64,000 nt of DNA, from the NCBI GenBank assembly GCA_050010435.1, contig JBEKKZ010000006.1:128666-192665 (forward strand). Reading direction: 5' to 3'. Position 1 is the first letter of the stretch. Every line of letters starts with the position of its first letter. This DNA comes from Verrucomicrobiota bacterium (GTDB lineage: Bacteria; Verrucomicrobiota; Verrucomicrobiia; Limisphaerales; UBA11358). The notes under the pieces are model-generated. The model was not told the DNA's origin. It searched no databases and saw nothing but the letters and a program-made list of their open reading frames with translations. This document shows, piece by piece, positions 18,998 to 28,613 of this stretch. A program made the translations under genes and the position numbers.

Positions 18998-20182
18998 ATG
19001 GACTTTGATTCAACAAGTTTTCCACTGCGCCCGGCGTGGGTTGAAATTGACCTCGCGCGGCTGCGCCGCAATCTTCAACTCATCCGCCGCGACCTGCCGC
19101 GCAATGTGCAGTTGCTGGCGGTCGTGAAGGACGAGGCCTACGGACATGGCGCGCTCGACGTGGCGCGCATCGCGCTCGAAGAAGGCGCCTGGGGGTTTGG
19201 CCTCAGTACGTTGGAAGAGGCGGTGGCGCTCCGCGACGCCGGCATCACCGCGCCGCTGCTGCTGCTGGGCGAACGGCAGGAAGCCGAATTGCCGTGGTGC
19301 GTGGAACACAATCTGACCGTCTGCGTCAATGAACCTCATACCGTTCGCAAACTCGCCCACGCGGCCGCACATGCCAGCAAGCGTGTGCCGGTGCATCTGA
19401 AAATTCACACCGGTATGAGCCGCTTCGGCGTGCGCTGGGACGAGGCATGGCCGCTCATCAAACAGATTGGCGCCGAGAAATCACTGTCGCTCGAAGGCGT
19501 GATGACGCACTTCGCGCAATCCGACGAGACAGACAAGACATTCGCCAATCTCCAATTCTCCCGTTTCAACGAGGTCCTGCAGGGCATGGCCGCGCGCGGC
19601 ATCTCTGTGAAGCTGCGCCATACCTGCAACAGCGGCGGGTTCCTCGATCTGCCGCACGCGCATCTCGACATGGTCCGCGTCGGCATTTTGATGTATGGCA
19701 TTTTCCCATCGTCGGTCTGCCGGCGGATTCCCGGAATCGAGCCGGTCATGTCCGTGAAAGCGCGCATTGCGGCAATCCAAAAATTGAAACCCGGCGAAGT
19801 GGTCGGTTACGGCATGCGTTACGCCGCGCCGTCGGAGCGGCGGATTGCGGTGCTGCCCATCGGTTACGGCGACGGTTTTCCGCGCGTGCGCAACCAGGGC
19901 GGCGCGCTCATCCACGGCCGGCGCGCCCCGCTCGTCGGCGGCATCGCGATGGACGCGCTCATGGTGGACATCACGGACATCCCCGAAGCGCAGATGTGGG
20001 ACGAAGCCGTCATCATGGGCCGCCAGGGCGGCGAGGAAATCACCGTGCATGACATGGCGAAGCTGAAAAACTCGGTGAGCTACGAGGTGCTCACCAACTG
20101 GCGGTTGCGCCTGCGGAGAAAATCAGTAAACGCCAAGGCTGCCCCGCCGAAAATCGAAGCCGAACCTGCCGCCGCAAAATGA
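18998..20182 (+). CDS. alr: alanine racemase
   Basis: AVVKDEAYGHGA is the PLP-lysine motif. The C-terminus ...YEVLTNW... and the length are Alr-like. Confidence 0.9.
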   Translation: MDFDSTSFPLRPAWVEIDLARLRRNLQLIRRDLPRNVQLLAVVKDEAYGHGALDVARIALEEGAWGFGLSTLEEAVALRDAGITAPLLLLGERQEAELPWCVEHNLTVCVNEPHTVRKLAHAAAHASKRVPVHLKIHTGMSRFGVRWDEAWPLIKQIGAEKSLSLEGVMTHFAQSDETDKTFANLQFSRFNEVLQGMAARGISVKLRHTCNSGGFLDLPHAHLDMVRVGILMYGIFPSSVCRRIPGIEPVMSVKARIAAIQKLKPGEVVGYGMRYAAPSERRIAVLPIGYGDGFPRVRNQGGALIHGRRAPLVGGIAMDALMVDITDIPEAQMWDEAVIMGRQGGEEITVHDMAKLKNSVSYEVLTNWRLRLRRKSVNAKAAPPKIEAEPAAAK

Positions 20183-20982
20183 AACTCCTTTTCTCCGAGC
20201 AAAACTCCGACTACGAGCATTACCAGTTTCCCTACGCCATCTGGGCCGTGCCGGAGGCGGGCGAAACGCCGTGGGACATTTTCAACGCCGGCTTCCTGCC
20301 GTCGTCGCGCAACCTCGACCGCTTTTACCTCTGCCGCCAGGTGCGCGTGAACCTCGCGAAGTTCAAGCCATCGTCCGAAAACCGCCGCATTCTGCGCAAG
20401 GGCACGGGCATCGAGGTGAAGCTCGTGCCGCGCGACAAATACAATTACACCCCGGCGAAGCGCGATTTTTTCAAGACCTACGCCGACATCAAATTTGGCA
20501 AGGACGTGATGACGTTCGAGCGGCTCGACGCGCTGTTCGGTTCGCCCATCATCTCGCATCTGCTGGTGTTCACCGATGTGGAACACGGCGGTGAAGTCGG
20601 CGTGGCGACGCTTTATATCGAGGGCCGGGAACTCGCCTATTATTACTACGCGTTCTACGACCTGAACTACTACGCGCGCAACCTCGGCATGTTCATGATG
20701 ACCTCGGCGGTGGAGTTGTTTGCCGGACGCGGCTTCAAGCAGCTTTACCTCGGCACGTGCTACTCGCAAACCGCGCTGTATAAAACACAGTTTGCCGGCG
20801 CGGAATTTTTCAACGGCTTCCGCTGGTCGGACGACCTCGACGAACTCAAGTTCATCATCAAGCGCGACAAAAAGGAACTGTGCCAGCACCTGCTCGAAAC
20901 CGACGAATACCGCAAAGAATTTTACGACGGAGACCTCGAAAAAATCCGCGCGGCGAGTGAATTCCGGGTCAAGGTGAAGTAA
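20179..20982 (+). CDS. arginyl/leucyl-tRNA-protein transferase-like (ATE/Bpt C-domain-like) protein
   Basis: FYLCRQVRVNLAKFKPSSENRRILRKG and QLYLGTCYSQTALYKTQFAGAEFFNGFRW resemble conserved Ate/Bpt blocks. The start overlaps the alr stop (ATGA). Confidence 0.45.
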   Translation: MKLLFSEQNSDYEHYQFPYAIWAVPEAGETPWDIFNAGFLPSSRNLDRFYLCRQVRVNLAKFKPSSENRRILRKGTGIEVKLVPRDKYNYTPAKRDFFKTYADIKFGKDVMTFERLDALFGSPIISHLLVFTDVEHGGEVGVATLYIEGRELAYYYYAFYDLNYYARNLGMFMMTSAVELFAGRGFKQLYLGTCYSQTALYKTQFAGAEFFNGFRWSDDLDELKFIIKRDKKELCQHLLETDEYRKEFYDGDLEKIRAASEFRVKVK

Positions 20983-21154
20983 GACCCTGTCGCCGTTGGA
21001 GGCGGCACCGACCCCCCGCGATGCCCCTGAAGGCCCGGTCTTGATCTGGCCAGGTACTACAGCGAATTATCCTTGATCCGGTTGTCCGAGCCCGATTTCC
21101 GAACGGTGCGTCGGACCATTTCGTTTGGTGCCCCAAGAATGCCGGGCAGGGCTT

Positions 21155-21586
21155 TTATTTAGACGAAGCAGCAACGGGCTTTGATCCGGGTTTGCCCGGC
21201 GTTTTTGAGGCCTCCGACGGCTGATACAGCAACTTTTCCACTTTTGAGACAAGTTGTTCTGAATCGAACGGTTTTATGACATAATCGGTGGCGCCAGACT
21301 CATACCCGACGAGCCGGCTGATATGGCTGCATAAACCTGTCAACATGAGAATCGGGATGGAGGCGGTGGCGGGATTCCCCCGCAAAGTTTCGCAAACGGC
21401 GAACCCGTCCAATTCGGGCATCATCACATCCAGAATAATCAAATCGGGTGACACCGTCTGGGCCTTTTTGAGCGCGTCAATGCCATTGGTGGCCGTGCCA
21501 ACGGCAAAACCTGCATTTTTTAAAGTGAAGCGTACCACTTCAAGCTGATCCGGGTCATCCTCTACCACCAGTATTTTTTTTCGCAT
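21155..21586 (-). CDS. single-domain response regulator (receiver)
   Basis: ATG 21586 gives MRKKILVVEDDPDQLEVVRFTLKNAGF...DLIILDVMMPELDGF...ILMLTG. Confidence 0.8.
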   Translation of the reverse strand: MRKKILVVEDDPDQLEVVRFTLKNAGFAVGTATNGIDALKKAQTVSPDLIILDVMMPELDGFAVCETLRGNPATASIPILMLTGLCSHISRLVGYESGATDYVIKPFDSEQLVSKVEKLLYQPSEASKTPGKPGSKPVAASSK

Positions 21587-21890
21587 AGGAACTTGGTTAA
21601 CATGTGCAAGCACGTTCAACGCCGAAAACCCCACGGCACGGTGCAAATAAACACCGGTCGCGAATTAGCATGAATGATGCCAGCAATGACCCAAAAGTTG
21701 ACACCGCGCGCGTTTCCCTGTTTCAGGGAATCCGGCAACTGCGACAAAATCACCGACGCGCGCGGGTTTCGGGTGAAAGTGGTGTGAAACGTTATGTCAA
21801 AGACCGCAGAGCAGGCGGGAAAATGTTTCGGACGGAGTCACAAGGGCATGTTTGGGGTAAAGGTGAAACAAGGAATCAGGTGGTTGGTTT

Positions 21891-22027
21891 CAGCGCCGTA
21901 GGCACGACATCTTTGTGGCTTTGTATCGAGATAATTCCAAAGCCTCGTAGAGGCGGCATATTCCGCCCCGACGGGGCTTGAGATTTTTTTAATCGGGATT
22001 CTACAAAGATTCCGCTCCTGGCGGAGC
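21891..22027 (+). repeat. composite palindromic element with a terminator-like hairpin and T-run
   Basis: The outer units are CAGCGCCGTAGGCACGACATCTTTGTGG (21891-21918) and CTACAAAGATTCCGCTCCTGGCGGAGC (22001-22027), in opposite orientation. The central stem is AAGCCTCGT...ACGGGGCTT, followed by TTTTTTT at 21984-21990. Confidence 0.4.
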
Positions 22028-22075
22028 TTTTGTTCAGTTGAATTTGCGCGGTACATCAGCTATCATGTTCAGCCT

Positions 22076-23452
22076 ATGACTTTGACGGAAAAAATCCTCG
22101 CCCGGGCCGCCGGCAAGTCGCGGGTGCAGGCCGGCGACAACCTCTGGGTGAACGCCGACGTGCTCATGACCCACGACGTTTGCGGGCCGGGCACCATCGG
22201 CGTCTTCAAACGCGAGTTCGGCAAGACCGCCAAAGTCTGGGACAAAAACAAAATCGTCATCATCCCCGACCATTACATTTTCACCGCCGACTCGCTCTCG
22301 AACCGCAACGTGGACATCCTCCGCGATTTTGTCCGCGAACAGGGCATCACGTATTTCTACGACGTGATTGACGACCCGAAGGGGCGCTGGGTTTTCGACC
22401 CGAAAAAGGGAATGTTGAACCGCCAATACGGTTCGCGTTACGCGGGCGTCTGCCACACGGCGCTGCCGGCCAAGGGCCACACGCGTCCGGGCGAAGTGCT
22501 GTTCGGCACGGACTCGCACACCTGTATGGCCGGCGCGTTCAACCTGTTTGCCACCGGCATCGGCAACACGGACGCCGGCTTCGTCATGGGCACCGGCAAG
22601 CTGCTCATCAAGGTTCCCGAGACGATGCACTTCCGGCTCGAAGGCAGGTTGCAGCCGGGCGTGATGGCCAAGGACGTGATCCTTCATTGCATCGGTGAAA
22701 TCGGTTTCGACGGCGCGACGTATCGCGCGCTGCAATTTGACGGCCCCGGCGCGGCGTCGCTTTCCATGGACGACCGCATGACCATCGCCAACATGGCCAT
22801 CGAAGCGGGCGGCAAGAACTGCATTTTTGAATTCGATTCGCGCACGGCGGAATACGTGGACGCGCGCGTGAAATTGAACGGCACGAAATCCGCCTACGAA
22901 CCCGTCGCGCCGGACAAAAAACAAAAGTTCGTCTATGAACTCGTCGTGAACCTCGACCAGCTCGAACCGACGGTGGCGTGCCATCCCAATCCCGGCGAAC
23001 GCAAGAAGGCGAAGGAACTCGGCCACATCAAGCTCGACCGCGCCTACGTCGGCTCCTGCACCGGCGGCAAGACGAGCGATTTCGTGGAGTTCGCGCGCGT
23101 GTTGCGCGGGAAGCACGTCAAAATTGACACGTTCGGCGTGCCCGCGACACCGGAAATCGTGGGCGATTTGCAGACGACCTACTGGGGCAACCAGACGATT
23201 TGGGAAATTCTTGTGAGCGCGGGCGTGCAGATGACGGAGAACGCCGGTTGCGCCGCGTGTCTCGGCGGGCCGGTGGACACGTTTGGCCGCATCAACCAGG
23301 CCGGCATCAAGTGCATCAGCGCGACGAACCGCAATTTCCCCGGCCGCATGGGCGACAAGGAATCACAGGTGTTCCTCGCCTCGCCGGCAACGGTGGCGGC
23401 GAGCGCCATTGCCGGAAAGATCGTGGACCCGCGCGAGTATTTGGGGAATTAA
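22076..23452 (+). CDS. leuC: 3-isopropylmalate dehydratase/homoaconitase large subunit (aconitase family)
   Basis: MTLTEKILARAAG...LMTHDV...GTDSHTCMAGAF...GSCTGG...SATNRNFPGRMG. Confidence 0.85.
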   Translation: MTLTEKILARAAGKSRVQAGDNLWVNADVLMTHDVCGPGTIGVFKREFGKTAKVWDKNKIVIIPDHYIFTADSLSNRNVDILRDFVREQGITYFYDVIDDPKGRWVFDPKKGMLNRQYGSRYAGVCHTALPAKGHTRPGEVLFGTDSHTCMAGAFNLFATGIGNTDAGFVMGTGKLLIKVPETMHFRLEGRLQPGVMAKDVILHCIGEIGFDGATYRALQFDGPGAASLSMDDRMTIANMAIEAGGKNCIFEFDSRTAEYVDARVKLNGTKSAYEPVAPDKKQKFVYELVVNLDQLEPTVACHPNPGERKKAKELGHIKLDRAYVGSCTGGKTSDFVEFARVLRGKHVKIDTFGVPATPEIVGDLQTTYWGNQTIWEILVSAGVQMTENAGCAACLGGPVDTFGRINQAGIKCISATNRNFPGRMGDKESQVFLASPATVAASAIAGKIVDPREYLGN

Positions 23453-23495
23453 ACATTCGGCTTGCAACTCCAATTGCCCATCGCATGATTTTATC

Positions 23496-24071
23496 GTGCA
23501 ACGACAGTCGTTGACCATTGCGCTGTTGCTGCCGCTGCTGACCAGCGGATGCGTGACCGATGCGCTTTGGAATAAAACCCAGTTGGATGACTGGAACGAA
23601 CCTGCAAACGACGCCAACGTGCACCTGTTTGAAGCCTTCCAGCAAAAAGATTTTCTGGTTGTTTATGACGAATACTCGGAACGCCATGACTCAATCCATA
23701 CTCGCGCGTATTTCCTGAATCAAAATCAAAAAGGTGTTGCCCAAGGGCAAAAACCCCATTTTGTCAACGCTCGTTTGTCACACAAATTGCCGCCGGTGCC
23801 GATATTCCAAACCTTGCCCGAATCCGACACGAATTTTTCGCAAATAATTTACGCCGTCATCTCGACAAACAGACAATCCTTCACAATTTATTCCGGCAAA
23901 GAAAAAACAGATTACAGCTTGGCTGTGTATAATGACGGTCGAGGTCAAATAGACCGGATTGCATTAACACCAGTTGCCGTGACGGCTGATCTCACCATAG
24001 TTGGCGGTTTTTTAGGCTGTTGGTTCATCTACGGACTGGCGGAATCGGGATATTCGGTAACCGTTCACTAA
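23496..24071 (+). CDS. lipoprotein, function unknown
   Basis: An in-frame GTG at 23496 gives (M)QRQSLTIALLLPLLTSGC, a lipobox. The upstream part of ORF 23283..24071 overlaps leuC and is unlikely to be coding. Confidence 0.55.
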   Translation: MQRQSLTIALLLPLLTSGCVTDALWNKTQLDDWNEPANDANVHLFEAFQQKDFLVVYDEYSERHDSIHTRAYFLNQNQKGVAQGQKPHFVNARLSHKLPPVPIFQTLPESDTNFSQIIYAVISTNRQSFTIYSGKEKTDYSLAVYNDGRGQIDRIALTPVAVTADLTIVGGFLGCWFIYGLAESGYSVTVH

Positions 24072-24159
24072 AGGAGGTTTTTCTTCGCCAGCTTTGCGCC
24101 GGGCAGATAAATCGTGAACGTCGTGCCTTCACCCATGCCCGCGCAGGCGCGTCAGCCAG

Positions 24160-24900
24160 TCAATGCCGACTGAACCCTTCCAGTTCCGCGATGAAAGCAT
24201 CCGGGCCGCCCTTCGCATAACCGACCTGCCGGCCAAGTTCCTTGCCCGCGAAATTCAACAGCACAAAGGTGGGAAAACCGTTCACGCCGAATCGTTTCTT
24301 AATCTCCTGATTGGCCTGTTTAAGCGCGGCGTCCTGCTTTATGTGGCTGGGAAAATCCAGCGTCACCAGCACGAGCTTGCTTTTGGCGTAGCCGGCGAAT
24401 TTGTCCGTGGACAGCACGTCCTTATCAAATTTCTTGCACCAGCCACACCAGTCGGAGCCGGTGAAGTCGAGCAGCACCATCTTGTTTTCCGACCGCGCCT
24501 GATTCAAGGCCGCTGACAAGGCGGTATCCCGTGACAATTCTGAAGCCTGTCCCGCAGATGACGGCTGCGTTGCACTTTCATCAGCCGGGGGTCGCGGCGC
24601 CGGCTGGTTGATGGCTTGAATGTGGTATTGGGCGTTGGCCGCGGCTTGCTTTTGTTCCGCCTCGCTCGCCTTCGTCGGATTGTAACCGAAATGCTTTTGC
24701 AGCGCGGGATCGAGCTTGCTCAGTTTCACATTGGCCATTCCCCTGGCGTAGGTGAAGTAGATGTCCGTGGCCGTGACCGTGGTAACCGTCACGTTGCTGT
24801 AAACCTCGCTGCCGGCGTTGAGTACCGGCAACTTTTCATTCGCCCGCGCGACCCAAACCGCAACGATCAGACTGAACGCGATGAAACCTTGGGCGCGCAT
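24160..24900 (-). CDS. secreted thioredoxin-fold protein
   Basis: Signal peptide MRAQGFIAFSLIVAVWVARA. The thioredoxin-like motif is DFTGSDWCGWCKKF (CxxC). Confidence 0.75.
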   Translation of the reverse strand: MRAQGFIAFSLIVAVWVARANEKLPVLNAGSEVYSNVTVTTVTATDIYFTYARGMANVKLSKLDPALQKHFGYNPTKASEAEQKQAAANAQYHIQAINQPAPRPPADESATQPSSAGQASELSRDTALSAALNQARSENKMVLLDFTGSDWCGWCKKFDKDVLSTDKFAGYAKSKLVLVTLDFPSHIKQDAALKQANQEIKKRFGVNGFPTFVLLNFAGKELGRQVGYAKGGPDAFIAELEGFSRH

Positions 24901-24910
24901 ATTTTATATT

Positions 24911-26200
24911 TTACTTCGCCAGATTCGCGCCGGGCAGATAAATCGTGAACGTCGTCCCTTCGCCCGGCCGCGTGTGAACGTGTAATGCGCCTTTCCCTTC
25001 CTTGATGAGCCGCTGCACGATGTTGAGACCGAGGCCGGTTCCCTGTCGCGGGCCTTTGGTGGTGAAGTAAGGCTGGAAAATTTTCGGCAGCACTTCCTCC
25101 GGGATGCCGGGCCCGGTGTCGCGCACCCACAACTTCACCAGCGGGGCGGTATTGTCCATGCCCTCGACGTTCAGCAGCCGGTCGTTTGGCCCGTCCTTGA
25201 ATTTGGTCAAATCGAGCGGCTCGCGCAAAATTTCACCGCCGACCTCGACGCGATGACTCATCGGCGCGCATTGAAAGGCGTTGACGGCGAGGTTCAGCAA
25301 AATCTGGATGACGTCGGTGCCGTTCATTTTGACGCCAAGGTCTTCGGCCATCGGCTGAACGCTGAATTCGTTGTCAACCCGGCCGGGATGAACGCGGATG
25401 AGTTGTTCGAGGTCTTTGAACAATTGATTCACGCTCACGCGCGGGGCTTCTTCCGATTGACGGCGGAGAAAACCGAGGTAGCGCCGGGAAATTTCCACGC
25501 AATTCCCCACCTGCCGCGCGATGATGCGCAGGCGGTCCTTGATGAATTCCAGGTCCTCCATTTCCAGCCGTGAATTGCGATTGAGGCGCTGGTTGAGCAC
25601 CTGCACGAAACCGGAAATGACCGTCAGCGGGCCGTTGATGTCGTGGATGATGCTGGCGTAAATGTCGCCGCGCGTTTTGGCAATTTGCTCCTCAACCTTC
25701 TGGTTTTGCAGTTCGGAAAGCAATTCCTGCACTTTTTCGGCGCTGCTGTGAATTTCACTTTCGAGCGTGCGCCGTTGCATCGCCTGGCTGACGGCGGCGC
25801 GGATGGTGGCCAGGTCGAACGGCTTGTTGATGTAATCGCACGCGCGCAGCCGCAACGCCTGACGAATCGTATCCGTCGTTTCAAACGCCGTCATCATGAT
25901 CACCTCGATGTTTGGGTTCACGTATTTGAGGCGTTCCAAAACTTCGATGCCCGACATGCCGGCCATGCGAATGTCCAGCACCGCCACGTCAATGGGATGC
26001 TTCTGCGCCAGCTCAATCGCCGTTGGCCCGTCCTCGGCCATCAGTATATCGTATTCGTCCTTGAAAATGACCCGCAGCGACTGCCGCGGCCCGTCCTCAT
26101 CGTCCACAACCAACAACGTGCCGCGGCGTTTGCGAAACGTCGTGCTGTCGCCCTCAACGGGATTGCTCTTGGCAATCAATGGTTCGGTGGTCAAAGCCAT
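24911..26200 (-). CDS. hybrid receiver-histidine kinase (REC-HisKA-HATPase)
   Basis: LLVVDDEDGPRQSL...VLDIRMAGMSG is the receiver. IHDINGPLTVISGF is the H-box. DTGPGIP...GTGLGLNIV are the G-boxes. Confidence 0.8.
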   Translation of the reverse strand: MALTTEPLIAKSNPVEGDSTTFRKRRGTLLVVDDEDGPRQSLRVIFKDEYDILMAEDGPTAIELAQKHPIDVAVLDIRMAGMSGIEVLERLKYVNPNIEVIMMTAFETTDTIRQALRLRACDYINKPFDLATIRAAVSQAMQRRTLESEIHSSAEKVQELLSELQNQKVEEQIAKTRGDIYASIIHDINGPLTVISGFVQVLNQRLNRNSRLEMEDLEFIKDRLRIIARQVGNCVEISRRYLGFLRRQSEEAPRVSVNQLFKDLEQLIRVHPGRVDNEFSVQPMAEDLGVKMNGTDVIQILLNLAVNAFQCAPMSHRVEVGGEILREPLDLTKFKDGPNDRLLNVEGMDNTAPLVKLWVRDTGPGIPEEVLPKIFQPYFTTKGPRQGTGLGLNIVQRLIKEGKGALHVHTRPGEGTTFTIYLPGANLAK

Positions 26201-26276
26201 GTCCGGAAATCAACCTTTCTGTTCAATTCAAGCAAAGACGTTGAACGGCGCTACTTTACTCCAAATTTGTTTGCCC

Positions 26277-27587
26277 TCAAGAACAAACCAACCGCACACG
26301 CAGCATTTCCAATGCCTGCCATGCCGTGACTTCCTTGAATGTCCCGCGCTCATAAGGATTAAATTTGCGCTCAACCACCGTTCCAAACTCTCCGGCCAGC
26401 CCGATGAAAACCGTCCCCACCGGTTTTTCTTTTGTTCCGCCGCCCGGCCCGGCGATGCCCGTGACGGCAATGGCAAAATCCGCGCCAGTTTGTTGGCGTG
26501 CGCCTTCGGCCATTTCGCGCGCCACCGCTTCGCTCACCGCGCCGTGAGCCGCCAGCGTCTCAGCGCGAACGCCGAGAAATTTCCGCTTCGATTCGTTGCT
26601 GTAAACCACCCACCCGCCGGAGAAAACCGCCGACGCGCCCGGCACATTCGTCACGCGATGCGCGATGCAACCCCCGGTGCAGGACTCGGCCATCGCCAAG
26701 GTTTTCTTTCGTCCGGTCAAAAGCCGGACGACGACCGTTTCCATTTCCTCATCGTCAAAACCGTAAATCTGCGCGCCAAGAATTTTTTGAACGATCGCTT
26801 CCGCCGCGCGGACAATTTTTTTACCGTTCCCGCCGCGCGCCGACAATCGCACGTCCACCTGCCCCGTCCGCGCGCAATAGCCGATTTCGAGTCCGGCGGC
26901 CGCGAGCGTGTTCAGCGGCGCCTCAATTTTTTCCTGCACCAGAGACTCGGCGATGTCGCTCGTCCGCAACGTGCGGCAGACAAACGGCGCTGCCAGCGGG
27001 AATTCGCGCCGGAGCAATGGCACGACAAAATTGTCGAACATCGGACGCAACTCGCGCGGCGGCCCGGGCAGCATCACCAGCCACTTTGGAGAGGCAGATG
27101 GCAGATGGCAGATGGCAGATGGAGAATTGTGTGCGCCATCTTCCATCTCCCATTTCCTATCTGCAATTTTCATGGCCAGCCCCGGTGCGGTGCCGTTCGG
27201 ATTGGCCAGCACCATCGCGTCTTCGGGCACGAGCGCCTGGATTTCGTTGTTTTTCGGCATCGGCCGGTTGCGCGCCGCAAAACGCCTCTTGATGTGGTCG
27301 AGCACCGCGTCGTCGAGCCGCAATTTTTTGCCGAGCAGCCGCGCAATCAAATCACGCGTCAAATCATCGGAAGTTGGGCCGAGACCGCCGGTGGTGATGA
27401 TCAAATCCGCGCGGCTCAACGCCTCACGAACGGCGGATTGGATGTCGTGCGCCGTGTCCGGCACGGCCACCTGGCGTGTCACGACATAACCGAGATCCGC
27501 GAGGCGGCGGCAGAGCCATTGCTGGTGCGTGTTCAGCACGCGGCCCAGCATCAATTCGCTGCCGGTGTTGAGAAGTTCGATGTTCAC
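26277..27587 (-). CDS. cinA: CinA-family competence/damage-inducible protein (MoCF-binding plus PncC-like deamidase domains)
   Basis: MNIELLNTGSELMLGRVLNTHQQWL...IITTGGLGPTSDDLTR...LPGPPREL... The C-terminal domain has ESCTGG. Confidence 0.85.
   Translation of the reverse strand: MNIELLNTGSELMLGRVLNTHQQWLCRRLADLGYVVTRQVAVPDTAHDIQSAVREALSRADLIITTGGLGPTSDDLTRDLIARLLGKKLRLDDAVLDHIKRRFAARNRPMPKNNEIQALVPEDAMVLANPNGTAPGLAMKIADRKWEMEDGAHNSPSAICHLPSASPKWLVMLPGPPRELRPMFDNFVVPLLRREFPLAAPFVCRTLRTSDIAESLVQEKIEAPLNTLAAAGLEIGYCARTGQVDVRLSARGGNGKKIVRAAEAIVQKILGAQIYGFDDEEMETVVVRLLTGRKKTLAMAESCTGGCIAHRVTNVPGASAVFSGGWVVYSNESKRKFLGVRAETLAAHGAVSEAVAREMAEGARQQTGADFAIAVTGIAGPGGGTKEKPVGTVFIGLAGEFGTVVERKFNPYERGTFKEVTAWQALEMLRVRLVCS
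27094..27164. repeat. heptamer-based imperfect palindrome lying in frame inside cinA
   Basis: GCAGATG x4 (27094-27123) lies opposite CCATCTTCCATCTCCCATTTCCTATCTGC (27136-27164). It encodes ...KIADRKWEMEDGAHNSPSAICHLPSA... between the GTAPG and LPGPP blocks. Confidence 0.7.
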
Positions 27588-27661
27588 CCGCCCCAGTTTC
27601 GGGTGAGTTCAGGCCGCTGGCAAGTCCGCGCCGCGCTTCACTATTGTTTGGGCGGTTTGGG

Positions 27662-28498
27662 TTAGTGGACTTCGGCGGTGAAAGTCCCGACGACATAACT
27701 CTTTTGATCGTCCGGCGTGCAGAGATAAATTTTCCCCGGCAACTGGCCCCCGGCAGGTTGTCCGAACTCGATTCGCAGCGCGTATCCCCCCTTTACCGAT
27801 TCCGTCATGGGCTGGCCTTGTGCGTCCTTCCATCGCAGATTGACCATCGGCGCGTTTGTAGCATTGATCTTGATAACCACTGACTTCCCGAAGAGGTTCT
27901 CATTCCGCTTCTCCCGAAGATAAATGGTGATGCCGGCTTCCGGCGGATTATCCGCCGTGCGTATCGTTAACCCGTCTGCATTCAAAACCATCCGCTGTGG
28001 AATCAAAACTTTTCCGTGAATATACCCCACCGCCGGCGAATCCGGAATCGTCATCGTGTCCAGGTTCAACGTCCAATTCGTATCGTTGGCAGGCCGTTCA
28101 GCGACGACCGGCCCGGGCGGCACTGGCGTAGCTGTTCGTTTCTCGTCCGACGCGGTTGCGGTCTGGTTGGTTTGCCCGCTGGTGGATTTGAAGATTTTTC
28201 CACGGAACACGAACGCTGCCGCAACCGCTGCGCAGAGCAAAACCGCAAAGACGAACACCGCTACCGGAAAAGGCTTCTCGGGCGCGGTTGCCGCTCCCGA
28301 ATCCGCCTCCGCAGTCGGAATGGGACGCTCACCGACTTGTGTTCCTGCAATGATAAATTTCGGGTCGTCCGTTTCGGGCGCTTGCGGTGCGGTGATTTTC
28401 TGGAAGCACGTCGGGCATTCCATCGTTGTGCCGCTCTGCGATGAGTCGCATAGGATGTGCTGGCCGCAAACCGGACACGCATATTTAAATTCGCTCAT
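27662..28498 (-). CDS. zinc-ribbon / single-TM / periplasmic-domain protein, tandem paralogue 1
   Basis: MSEFKYACPVCGQHILCDSSQSGTTMECPTCFQKITAPQAP... (CPxC...CPxC), a TM helix FPVAVFVFAVLLCAAVAAAFVF, a Pro-rich linker, and a C-terminal domain shared with paralogue 2. Confidence 0.6.
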   Translation of the reverse strand: MSEFKYACPVCGQHILCDSSQSGTTMECPTCFQKITAPQAPETDDPKFIIAGTQVGERPIPTAEADSGAATAPEKPFPVAVFVFAVLLCAAVAAAFVFRGKIFKSTSGQTNQTATASDEKRTATPVPPGPVVAERPANDTNWTLNLDTMTIPDSPAVGYIHGKVLIPQRMVLNADGLTIRTADNPPEAGITIYLREKRNENLFGKSVVIKINATNAPMVNLRWKDAQGQPMTESVKGGYALRIEFGQPAGGQLPGKIYLCTPDDQKSYVVGTFTAEVH

Positions 28499-28613
28499 GG
28501 CGGGGGGTGATCTGTGTTTTGCCTGACTTTAATATCCCATTTTCAAAACCGGACTGCAATCCGGTATTTTCATTTATAGTGCCAGGCGGGACGGGACTCC
28601 AAACAACCACACT
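28499..28613 (-). repeat. conserved leader/intergenic unit upstream of paralogue 1
   Basis: Near-identical to 29466-29580 and 30583-30690. It contains the hairpin ACCGGACTGCAATCCGGT (28548-28565). Confidence 0.7.

Noticed and set aside
21604-21981. 125-aa ORF in the response regulator-leuC intergenic region
   Set aside because: Its composition is implausible (Arg/Gly/Ser-rich). It runs through recognisable repeat units and a terminator-like hairpin, and it has no motifs.
22034-23116. 360-aa minus-strand ORF
   Set aside because: It is antisense to leuC. Its composition is Arg/Ala/Val/His-rich with no recognisable motifs.
25896-27665. 589-aa plus-strand ORF
   Set aside because: It is antisense to cinA and to the kinase gene end. 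It is Arg-rich and low-complexity, while the opposite strand carries clear CinA motifs.
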